A program made the translations under genes and the position numbers. A DNA stretch of 64,000 nt from Nitrospirota bacterium (GTDB lineage Bacteria > Nitrospirota > JACRHJ01), in assembly GCA_963845245.1 (NCBI GenBank), contig CAWJRJ010000011.1, forward strand, positions 1-64,000. The letters run 5' to 3'. Below the pieces are notes generated by a model. The model saw only the letters and a list, made by a program, of their open reading frames with translations. It did not search any database and had not been told where the DNA came from. Shown here one piece after another: positions 28,792 to 37,316 of this stretch (position 1 is its first letter; each line of letters opens with the position of its first letter).

Positions 28792-30091
28792 TTACTCCAG
28801 ATGTAAGGACTGCAAGGCAAATGAGATATTGGCGGCAAGAGAGTCCAGCAAGCCCGTCTCTTCCTTGTCGAAGAAACCCGGCTCGGTGGAGTAGACAGCA
28901 AGGGCACCGACCACTTTGCTGCCCACGCTCAACGGGAACCCGGCATTCGAGCGGTATCCGCGACTCATGGCCGTCTCCACGCCAAAGGCCCATCCGCTCG
29001 TCATTTGCTATATCGTTGCAGATAAAATGCGCGCCGGTGCGTATCGCCGTGCCAACAGGCCCCCTGCCCTCGGGAACATCGTCGACTGATATTTTAATGT
29101 CTTTCAGATAACCATCTTCGCATCCTGCGTATGCAACGGGCTTTACTTGGCGGCCCTCTCCGGTAATACCTATCCACGCCATATGGAAAGAACCTCTGTC
29201 AACTGCAGTATCGCAGACCTTACTGAACAGGTATTCCGTGTTTGGAGCCCTGATTATCACATTGTCGATGCCGGTTATCACGCTGTATAGCCGGTTCAGC
29301 CTCGCTACCCTCTCATCGGCCCGCTTGTGCTCGGTCACGTCCCTGACGACCTCTATCCCGGCAATTATTTCTCCATCCTGGTCCATTAGCGGCGAAGCCG
29401 TGACCTCGATATGCAGCGTGCCTGTTTCTGAAACCGTGGACCTCTGCATAGTGTGCACGCGGCAGTCCTCGAATGATTTTATAACGGGGCAGTCCTTGCA
29501 TGCCTCATCCAGCCGCTCGAAGGCGCGGTAGCAATATTCGCCGATATGCGAGCCTATCAGGTTGCGGTGCGCTTTGTTCTGATAGAGTACCCTTAGGTCT
29601 TTGTCCTGGATACTGATGCCCTCGCCGATATTTTCAAGTATTGCCTCCAGCTTGTTTTTCTCGTGATAAAGGGCCAATTCGGCATCCCTTTTAAACTTCT
29701 CGGAACTCCTGAGCTTTACCGACTGCTCTACGGAATTGATAATCTTTGCATAATAGGCAAACTCTTGTATATCTTTCGTAAAGTAATCGTCGGCACCATT
29801 CTTGAAAGCCTCCCTGGCAACCGCCTCGTTACCCTGGCCGGTGACAAAAATAAACGGTACGTCGTTGTGTTTGCTCCTGAGACTTTTTAGAAGCTGCATG
29901 CCGTTCATTTCCGGCATCTGGTAATCGGAGAGTATACAGTCAACGTGATGGTCTTGCAGGTAGTTGAGGCAGTCCCGACCGCTTTTCAGGACCGTGATGT
30001 AAAAGTGCGGTGCTTCCTTGGAAAGCCGCATTTTCGTCAGGGTGGCGAGGTCAAGCTCGTCATCTACTATTAGTACCTTTAAAGGTCCCAT
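28792..30091 (-). CDS. REC-PAS-GAF signalling protein without output domain (frameshift near 28975)
   Basis: REC 'ILSDYQMP', PAS, and GAF 'MAWIG...PEGRGP'. The corrected frame ends 'LAANISFALQSLHLE*'. Confidence 0.8.
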
Positions 30092-30336
30092 TTCCTCGGG
30101 TAAGTCATGTTACTAAATAGGTTCTAATTTATTAGTGTACCATACGAAGTAGAAGCCTGGCAGGTCAAAGTGAATATATTTACAAAAAATTAACATATTT
30201 CTCAAGATAATGCAAAATATATAGTAGCCAGGGTCTATCAAGAATCTTTTCTTAATTTTCTTATGGAAATTTTTTGCATTTGCAATTATATTTAATTGTA
30301 GTGAACAATTGCTATCATTAATTATGGGAGGGCGAC

Positions 30337-30453
30337 ATGGCCGAACTGGGAAAGCATTATTACTGTGATGTCTGCGGGAACGAGGTGCTTGTTACAAAGG
30401 CAGGCGGCGGCGGCCTGGTCTGCTGCGGCAAGCCCATGAAGAAAATAGATTAA
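30337..30453 (+). CDS. Stand-alone desulforedoxin (38 aa, absent from the ORF track)
   Basis: MAELGKHYYCDVCGNEVLVTKAGGGGLVCCGKPMKKID*: CxxC...CC iron site. GGAGG RBS. Confidence 0.9.
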   Translation: MAELGKHYYCDVCGNEVLVTKAGGGGLVCCGKPMKKID

Positions 30454-30800
30454 GCCGAGCGAATCATAATAAGGACCATCTTGAACCGCTCCACGGCAAG
30501 GAGCGAGTGAGGCTCGTTTGCGGGCATAATCAGCATTTCGCCTTTCTTTGCCGTCTGCACCTTGCCCGAAATGGTTATCTCCGCCTCGCCGTCGACTATC
30601 TGCACGGTCGCGTCGTATGGTGCGGTGTGCTCACTGAGACCCTGGCCCTTGTCGAATGCAAATAGCGTGATCGTCCCTGCCTTTTTATTAAGGAGCGTCT
30701 TGCTTACGACCGCCCCTTCCTGGTAGCTGACCAGCCCCTCGATATCCATGACCCGGCCGGCAAGACCTTTGTCCGCGGATAAGCTTAATTTTGAGTTCAT
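30450..30800 (-). CDS. Cupin-domain protein
   Basis: 'TLFAFDKGQGLSEHTAP' and 'MPANEPHSL'. Start taken as ATG 30800. Confidence 0.9.
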   Translation of the reverse strand: MNSKLSLSADKGLAGRVMDIEGLVSYQEGAVVSKTLLNKKAGTITLFAFDKGQGLSEHTAPYDATVQIVDGEAEITISGKVQTAKKGEMLIMPANEPHSLLAVERFKMVLIMIRSA

Positions 30801-30894
30801 TATCCCCCGCTTTTTTAAAAATTGCGAAAAATGTTTGAAGTTCCGACTTTTCTCATATATTATACAGCAAACATCAATTCGGTCTGATAGATAA

Positions 30895-32733
30895 ATGGAA
30901 AAAATTGCGGTAACATGTCCTAAATGCGGTTTCTCGAAGGAGTTCCCTGCGGAGTCCATCCCAAAGGGGCCTTTCAGGATCAACTGCCCGAAATGCAAGG
31001 AGGCCTCCGTCATCAGGCCTGCCGGACCAGGGACTGCTCCAGCTGCGCCCGTCAGCGCACCAAAACAGGAAGCCCCTGTTCCCGTGCCTCCGGCTCCTGA
31101 ACCTGCTCCGCCTGTTCCCGTGCCGCCGACTCCTGAACCGCCAGCTCCTGAGCCAACGTTGCCAGTGACGCCCATACCTGAGTCTCCTGCACCTGAACCA
31201 CCTGTCCCACCGCAAACGGCCCCGGCTGTTCCACCCGTATCGCCTGATTCCGGGATGGTAACGATAGTATGCCCTGGATGCGGCTTTCGCAAAGACGTTA
31301 AAACGGGGCTTGTACCTGAAGGGGCTGCGATAACCTGTCCTCAATGCAAGGAACGTTTCTTTTTTACGGGCAGTACCTCCGAGGAGACCGGGGAGGATAG
31401 TACCATCGGCATGAAGCCCAGCGAGAAAGAGACATCCGCATCTGAGAAAACCAGGCCCTCATATACGCCGAAGAAGCCGCCAACTGCTCCACAGCCCATG
31501 GCACAGCTTAGAGCCCAGGTGGCGAAGGTCGGGACCGGCGGCGGCCTGCCCGGGATCGGCGAACTGTTCGGAAGCGCCTGGGAGGTATACAAGGAACGCT
31601 TTTTGACCCTTTTCGGCCTTTATCTGGCGACCATTATTGCAGCTATCCTGTCTGCCTCAATATTCATCGGCCCTGGATTTTTTGTTGCGAAGCTGGTCCC
31701 GGAGGCAAGTGTGCCTTTGTTCATGGCCGGACTTCTGGCTGGCATTACGGTCGGATTTATCGTATTAACATGGGGGTTTGCCGCCCTTTTAATAGCGGTA
31801 GTCGATGAGAACACCGGCTTCATGGAAGCGATTGCCAGGGGCAAGGCCAAGATACTGCCGTTTGCCTGGCTCTATACTCTTTTAGCGTTGATCACAATGG
31901 GCGGCTACGTCCTGCTAATTATACCTGGCCTTGCGCTTTCCCTCTACTTCATCTTTGCAAAGTACATATTAGCAGAGAAGGATATCCGCGGTCTTGGCGC
32001 GCTCATAAAAAGCAAATCCTACGTGAAAGGGTACTGGTGGGGTATATTCTTAAGGCTCCTTGTTGTGGGAATTGTTTCGTTAATCCTGAATAAAATACCG
32101 TACGTCGGGCCGTTTCTGGTACTGGCCTTTACGCCTTTTACATACATATACCTCAACATGAATTACAGGGCGCTCAAGGAAATCAAGGGGGATATAATCT
32201 CAGAACCCTCGTCCAGCGACAGGCAGGTCATGATTGCGCTTGGTGTTCTTGGTTCAATAGCCCTTGTCTTGATGTTCGCATTTGCCCTGAACACACTTTC
32301 CAAAATCCCCGGGGGCATGGACAAGCTGCAGGAACTGATTCAAACGGGCGGAGTCAAGAAGCCAGCCGTCGTCGTGCGCGACGAGAGACCCCGGCTCTGG
32401 CTGGATAAAAATACATACGTTTCCGGCGAGCAGATTAAAGTGCATTTCACTGCGCCTGCGTCTTACGAGGACAACGCATGGGTGGGTATATTCCAAGCGG
32501 ATGCGCCGCACGGAAAAGAGGAAGCAAACGACAAGAACAAGCTGATATTCCAGTACCTCAGGAAGCGCACGTCGGGAGACCTTGTTTTCAGCGGCCCCAC
32601 ACGTCCCGGAAACTACGACCTCCGTATGAACGACAGCGACACTCTCGGGACCGAGGTCGCAACCGTCGCCTTCACAGTCACAGCCCCAGTTGCGCAACCG
32701 GAACAGCCCGTCCCGGCCAAGCCGGCCCGCTAG
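30895..32733 (+). CDS. Double zinc-ribbon, Pro-rich linker, multi-TM membrane protein with C-terminal beta-sandwich
   Basis: CPKC..CPKC and CPGC..CPQC, a Pro-rich linker, about 6 TM helices and 'AWVGIF...PGNYDLR'. Confidence 0.8.
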   Translation: MEKIAVTCPKCGFSKEFPAESIPKGPFRINCPKCKEASVIRPAGPGTAPAAPVSAPKQEAPVPVPPAPEPAPPVPVPPTPEPPAPEPTLPVTPIPESPAPEPPVPPQTAPAVPPVSPDSGMVTIVCPGCGFRKDVKTGLVPEGAAITCPQCKERFFFTGSTSEETGEDSTIGMKPSEKETSASEKTRPSYTPKKPPTAPQPMAQLRAQVAKVGTGGGLPGIGELFGSAWEVYKERFLTLFGLYLATIIAAILSASIFIGPGFFVAKLVPEASVPLFMAGLLAGITVGFIVLTWGFAALLIAVVDENTGFMEAIARGKAKILPFAWLYTLLALITMGGYVLLIIPGLALSLYFIFAKYILAEKDIRGLGALIKSKSYVKGYWWGIFLRLLVVGIVSLILNKIPYVGPFLVLAFTPFTYIYLNMNYRALKEIKGDIISEPSSSDRQVMIALGVLGSIALVLMFAFALNTLSKIPGGMDKLQELIQTGGVKKPAVVVRDERPRLWLDKNTYVSGEQIKVHFTAPASYEDNAWVGIFQADAPHGKEEANDKNKLIFQYLRKRTSGDLVFSGPTRPGNYDLRMNDSDTLGTEVATVAFTVTAPVAQPEQPVPAKPAR

Positions 32734-32893
32734 AACCGCTTATCCCAAACATTACATAGACTACTTAATTTTCGTCCTTCCTGTTAGTCCATCTTGGCCG
32801 TTTTCATCGATATGCGAAAATATTAATCCTGTTTTGCATGCTATACTTATGTACGGTGTGCAGGCTCAATCACTTTGACAGTAGGAGGCCGTC

Positions 32894-33766
32894 ATGAGAG
32901 TCTTCTCGCTTATGTTGTCCATAATCGTCCTTTCCTCCGTGGCAGCATTCGCCGCAGAGCCTGACTGGCAGGCGGTGGAAAAGGCCTTCGGCCGGAAGGG
33001 GACGGTGCAGGGAAATGTCTTCAAGGTTACGTTCCCGAGGAGCGACCTGAAGGTGAGTGTTGGTAAAATCCCCGTCTCGCCCGGTCTTGCGCTGACGTCC
33101 TGGGCTGCGCTCAGGGAAGAGGAGAACGGGACCGCCGTGATGGGCGACCTGGTCCTTACGGAAGACGAGGTGACACCGGTAATGAAACAGCTCCAGGCCG
33201 AGGGAATATGGGTCACTGCCCTGCACAACCACCTGTTGGGCGAGTCGCCGCGGGTCATGTACATTCATTACGGGGGCAGGGGCGACAAAGTGGCGGTCGC
33301 AGGTTCTATGATGCGTGTCTTGAAACTCACGCATACGCCGCTCGGCGCTCCCGCGGCGGAAAAAACCTCGAAGGCAAAACCGGATTGGTCAAAGGTGGAG
33401 GCGATCCTCGGGAAGGCCGGCCAGACAAAGGGGAGCATAGCCTCGTTTTCGTACCCGCGCGCCGAACCCGTCACCGAGATGGGCGTGGAGATCCCGCCTG
33501 TAATGGGGCTGGCCACGGCGATAAACATCGAGATGCTCGGAAACAAAGCGGTGGCCGCGGGCGATTTCGTCCTCACTGCGGATGAGGTCAACCCGGTCGC
33601 ATCGGCGCTTTTGGAGCACGGCATTACTGTTACGGCCATACACAACCACATGCTCTTCGAGACGCCCCGGCTTTTCTTCATGCATATCTGGGGGTACGAC
33701 GAGCCGGGAAAACTGGCAAATGGCATAAAAGCCGCGCTCGAAAAGGTCAAACTCAAGGGCATGTAA
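32894..33766 (+). CDS. DUF1259 tandem-domain secreted protein
   Basis: Two repeats with 'GD.VLT.DEV' and 'ALHNH'/'AIHNH'; signal peptide. Confidence 0.9.
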   Translation: MRVFSLMLSIIVLSSVAAFAAEPDWQAVEKAFGRKGTVQGNVFKVTFPRSDLKVSVGKIPVSPGLALTSWAALREEENGTAVMGDLVLTEDEVTPVMKQLQAEGIWVTALHNHLLGESPRVMYIHYGGRGDKVAVAGSMMRVLKLTHTPLGAPAAEKTSKAKPDWSKVEAILGKAGQTKGSIASFSYPRAEPVTEMGVEIPPVMGLATAINIEMLGNKAVAAGDFVLTADEVNPVASALLEHGITVTAIHNHMLFETPRLFFMHIWGYDEPGKLANGIKAALEKVKLKGM

Positions 33767-34004
33767 ACTACACGGGGCAGCTTTGAAAACGCATAAAACC
33801 GCCAATTAATGGCGGCACGCAGCTTGTAATCCGGCACTGCCTGCAGAGTGCCGAAATGCGTGAACTGCTCGAATACCCCATATAAAATGCACCCGGATTA
33901 GCACTATGCGATATAAACATCCCGTTCATTTGACAAATAAGGAATAGCGTGATTAATTATATAGTATTAACAAAATCTAATTATAACTACTCGGGGTAGC
34001 GCGG

Positions 34005-34574
34005 ATGAAAAGGCATCTTTATATTCAGAAAGAGTTCCAGTCCAGGGTTATTATAAACTTCTGCCTGCTTATCCTTTCAGGTTTTTTTCTTTTCTGCGTT
34101 GCCTATTACTACTCTGTCAACGTAAAGCTGGACGGAAATTATGCTGATACGCTCGACAAGGTCCGCTTCTTGAAAAACGCTTTTATGGACAGGTTCTTCA
34201 TCCTCGAGCTTGCCGTTTTGGCTTTCCTGGGAGCAGGCGTGACCCTAATGACCCTTTTCATGTCGCACCGCATAGCGGGCCCGCTCTGGCGTATCGAGCA
34301 GACGGCAAAAGCGGTGGGCGCGGGTGACCTGGCCGTCAGGATCCACCTCCGGGAGAAAGACGAGATACGGGGCCTTGCAGACCAGATGAACAGGATGACT
34401 GAAACGATGGGCACAAAGCTCAAGGAAATAAATGCAAGCGTCATGATACTGGAAGAGAACGTAGCAATCTTGAGGATGCATATAGAAAACAACAATACTG
34501 AAACCGAAACAGCTTTGCGGCTGGCAGAGGAGATAAAACGTGCCAGCAAAGCAGTGGTCAACAAACTTCTATAA
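34005..34574 (+). CDS. 2-TM HAMP-domain membrane protein
   Basis: 'YIQKEFQSR', two TM helices, 'SHRIAGPLWRI...GDL...DEIRGLA'. Confidence 0.85.
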   Translation: MKRHLYIQKEFQSRVIINFCLLILSGFFLFCVAYYYSVNVKLDGNYADTLDKVRFLKNAFMDRFFILELAVLAFLGAGVTLMTLFMSHRIAGPLWRIEQTAKAVGAGDLAVRIHLREKDEIRGLADQMNRMTETMGTKLKEINASVMILEENVAILRMHIENNNTETETALRLAEEIKRASKAVVNKLL

Positions 34575-34626
34575 AAACACCCGTTTCTTATAATATTACT
34601 TCACGGATTTAGAAGGAGTCACGCCA

Positions 34627-35538
34627 TTGTCTTACCAATCAGGACGCACAAGCGGCTTTCGAACCAGGATATTAATCGTTATCGTCTGCGTACTGGCTGC
34701 GGCCGCATTAGCCATCGCAAGCCGTGACAACGGTGAACCCCCGCACCAGTTCTCCCAGAACGACTGTTTCTCGTGCCATTTTACAATCCCTGAAAAAAAC
34801 GACGGAGGGCCGTTACGCTTTACGGATACCGTCTCAAGGCTCTGCGGCCGCTGCCATGACATGTCGAAGGACATATCTCACCAGGTGGACATGGTGCCCA
34901 CCGGAGATATCCAGATCCCCAAGGATATGCCCCTTGACGAACAGGGCAGGGTCACCTGCATCACCTGTCATAACATCCACGGCCCTTACAAAAACCCTCT
35001 TACAGGCACGCGTACGTATTTCCTCAGGCGCGATGCAAGCGGCAAAAATTTCTGTCTTTCCTGCCACACCACAAACGAGTCGCTCGCAAGGATAAGCCTC
35101 GCATCTACCAGCCCGTCTTCCGCAGGTATGGCTATACCCCCGGTCTCGCATCGTCCGGCAATGGACAAAGGCCATGGATTTGCGCAGTTTGCGGTTACAG
35201 ACACCACTACCGAGCTTGACCCGCTCTCGCTCGCATGCCTGGAATGCCATGGAGAGCCCGGCTCTCCGCCGAAGACTACGCTTGGCGCGGGCGTGTGGCG
35301 CCATGCGAAGGAGGGGATCGGCCTCTCGCACCCAATAGGGATTGACTATTACAGGGCAACAAGGGATTTTAAGGACCTGATGCCCATCGACAGGCTGGAC
35401 CCGAGGATCAAGCTGTTCGACGGAAAGATGGGCTGCTGCAGTTGCCATGACCCTTACGTCCCGAACGACGGACAATCCCTTGTAATCGGTTCGCGCGGGA
35501 GTTTCCAGGACCTTTGCTTCGGGTGTCATCTTAAATAA
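34627..35538 (+). CDS. Heptaheme c-type cytochrome (doubled-CXXCH type)
   Basis: Seven CxxCH motifs (CFSCH, CGRCH, CITCH, CLSCH, CLECH, CCSCH, CFGCH) and an N-terminal anchor/signal. Confidence 0.92.
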   Translation: MSYQSGRTSGFRTRILIVIVCVLAAAALAIASRDNGEPPHQFSQNDCFSCHFTIPEKNDGGPLRFTDTVSRLCGRCHDMSKDISHQVDMVPTGDIQIPKDMPLDEQGRVTCITCHNIHGPYKNPLTGTRTYFLRRDASGKNFCLSCHTTNESLARISLASTSPSSAGMAIPPVSHRPAMDKGHGFAQFAVTDTTTELDPLSLACLECHGEPGSPPKTTLGAGVWRHAKEGIGLSHPIGIDYYRATRDFKDLMPIDRLDPRIKLFDGKMGCCSCHDPYVPNDGQSLVIGSRGSFQDLCFGCHLK

Positions 35539-35549
35539 AGGAGTGCGCG

Positions 35550-36176
35550 ATGTTTTTTGGCAAAAAAGACTTGAAGCCCTGGCGACGACGCAATTATTTC
35601 ATAAAGAAGGGGTTCCAGGCCCGTTTCATACTAAAATTCCTTGGCATCGCAGTTTTCGGGAGCGCCGTATCCGGCCTCTTTATATACCACCTTACTTCCC
35701 GGAATATCGAAGGTACTTTTTATAGTTCGCATATTAAGATCTCCTCGACAGGCCAACTTGTACTCCCGACACTGGTCAGCGTAAACTTTGGTGTCATTGT
35801 GCTGGTGCTTTTGGCCGTTGCCATTTTGACCTTGTTTATATCCAATAAAATCGCAGGGCCGGTATACCGTATGGGCAAATACACCGAAAAGATAGGCCTG
35901 CAGGACTTTACGGCCAATTTCGCTTTAAGGTCCGGCGACGAAACGAAATACCTCGCAGAATCTTTTGAAGGGATGAACCGGGAGTTGAAGAACCGTTTTG
36001 ACAGGTTGAGGCGGCGTGCAAGGAACATGGACGCCGCGTCTGACGGCCTTTTGCAACGCTACTCTGCAGGAGCGGAAAACTCCTCTTCCAATATGGGCCT
36101 GGAAATGAGTGAGATTGCGGAACTGACGTCCAGTGTCGATGCATTGAAGAACGAACTCTCAAAGTTCAAGACTTAA
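35550..36176 (+). CDS. 2-TM HAMP-domain membrane protein (paralog of 34005)
   Basis: 'RRRNYFIKKGFQARF', two TM helices, 'SNKIAGPVYR...LRSGDE'. Confidence 0.85.
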   Translation: MFFGKKDLKPWRRRNYFIKKGFQARFILKFLGIAVFGSAVSGLFIYHLTSRNIEGTFYSSHIKISSTGQLVLPTLVSVNFGVIVLVLLAVAILTLFISNKIAGPVYRMGKYTEKIGLQDFTANFALRSGDETKYLAESFEGMNRELKNRFDRLRRRARNMDAASDGLLQRYSAGAENSSSNMGLEMSEIAELTSSVDALKNELSKFKT

Positions 36177-36207
36177 TAAAAGCCGTCCACCTGGCCAGGT
36201 GGACGGC
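36176..36207. terminator. Intrinsic terminator between convergent genes
   Basis: Perfect palindrome GCCGTCCACCTGGCCAGGTGGACGGC with an A-run on the left. Confidence 0.8.
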
Positions 36208-36238
36208 ATATTCAAGCCTGCCCTGTTTCTAACACATT

Positions 36239-37066
36239 TTATTTCGCGTTCGGGTTAAAAAGCGCGTTGCCATACTTATCCTTGAAGCCGCCAATCAACT
36301 TCTGGCCAGCGGGACCGGTAACGTAGCTTATGAAGTCCTTTGCCTCCCTGTAATGAGCGTGGGGGAACTTCGCAGGGTTCACGGCCATCACCGAGTACTG
36401 GTTATACAGGGCCGTGTCGCCGGCATACAGCAAGGTAATATTCTTCAGGGTGTCCTTCATGGCAAGCCAGGTCGCCCTGTCCGAGAGGGTATACGCGCCC
36501 TTCTCATCCGTTATGCGAAGGGCCGCCTCCATGCTCTGGCCCACCGACAGATAACCCTTAAGCACCTTGATGTCTACTCCAGCCGCCTTCCACATCTTCT
36601 TCTCGCGGGCGTCCGTGCCGGACTCATCACCACGTGAAACGAATATTACACCGGCATCGGACATCTTCTTGAATGCGGCCGAGGCTGAAGCCGCTTTTCT
36701 CACCCCCGCCGGGTCCGACGCCGGTCCCATGACCACGAAGTCGTTATACATCACCAGGTGCCGGTCCACACCAAACCCTTCGGCCACAAACTTATCCTCC
36801 TTCTCCTTGTCGTGCACGAGCAGGATGTCCGCATCGCCGCGCCTGGCGATCTCTATCGCCTTGCCGGTGCCGACCGCGATCACGTCGATCTTGATGTCCT
36901 TCAGCTTCGTCCATTTGTAGTAGGCTGGTATAAGCACGTCAAAAAGCCCGGTGTTCTGGGTTGAAGTGGTCGATGCGAGTATGACCCTCGTCTCTGCATT
37001 GGAGTTTGGAACGAAAATGAAAGTGACCGCCACTAATGCGAGTAAAAACCTTAATAACCTGGACAT
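36239..37066 (-). CDS. tupA: Tungstate ABC transporter substrate-binding protein
   Basis: 'LASTTSTQNTGL', 'VGTGKA', 'MYNDFV', 'FVSRGDESGT', 'YTLSDRATW' and 'NQYSV'. Confidence 0.92.
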   Translation of the reverse strand: MSRLLRFLLALVAVTFIFVPNSNAETRVILASTTSTQNTGLFDVLIPAYYKWTKLKDIKIDVIAVGTGKAIEIARRGDADILLVHDKEKEDKFVAEGFGVDRHLVMYNDFVVMGPASDPAGVRKAASASAAFKKMSDAGVIFVSRGDESGTDAREKKMWKAAGVDIKVLKGYLSVGQSMEAALRITDEKGAYTLSDRATWLAMKDTLKNITLLYAGDTALYNQYSVMAVNPAKFPHAHYREAKDFISYVTGPAGQKLIGGFKDKYGNALFNPNAK

Positions 37067-37113
37067 TGATTTTCTCCATTAATAAAAACGTTGATAATAA
37101 ATCCCTGGACAAC

Positions 37114-37152
37114 AAAAAAGCCGATTACCCGCTTTGAGACAAGGGTATCGGC
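37114..37152 (-). terminator. Leader terminator (riboswitch expression platform)
   Basis: Minus strand GCCGATACCC...GGGTAATCGGC followed by TTTTTT, between the aptamer and tupA. Confidence 0.8.
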
Positions 37153-37160
37153 CCGCACGC

Positions 37161-37272
37161 AAGCCTCCTTTCCAAGATAACGGGAGACCATGCCTTTTCA
37201 GACATGACCCTAAGCGGCCGGGGTCCATGGCCTTGTGAGGGGCTTTAGGGCGGTCCGGCTTCGGAGAATATT
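37161..37272 (-). ncRNA. Moco RNA motif, P3-less (tungsten cofactor, Tuco) variant
   Basis: CUCCGA, P2 with CCUAAAG/CAUGG, UAGGGU-P4(GAAA loop)-CUCCCG, then UGGAAAGGAG; upstream of tupA. Confidence 0.88.
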
Positions 37273-37283
37273 AAGTTCTGAGT

Positions 37284-37312
37284 AATATAGTAAAGGCGCG
37301 GGCTTTTGTCAA
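37284..37312 (-). promoter_or_regulatory. Sigma70 promoter for riboswitch-tupA
   Basis: TTGACA (37312-07), 17 bp, TATATT (37289-84). Confidence 0.7.
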
Positions 37313-37316
37313 GGCT

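Noticed and set aside
28376..30091. 571-aa ORF running across crcB
   Set aside because: The tail is out-of-frame read-through after an indel; crcB and the GAF end are in other frames.
28783..30330. Fluoride riboswitch for crcB
   Set aside because: No GAUGG..UUC.CC / CUAAUGAC-type pattern was found upstream of crcB or of the operon's first gene.
30801..31292. Gly-rich N-terminal extension of the cupin
   Set aside because: It is the antisense reading of the Pro-rich linker in the plus-strand gene.
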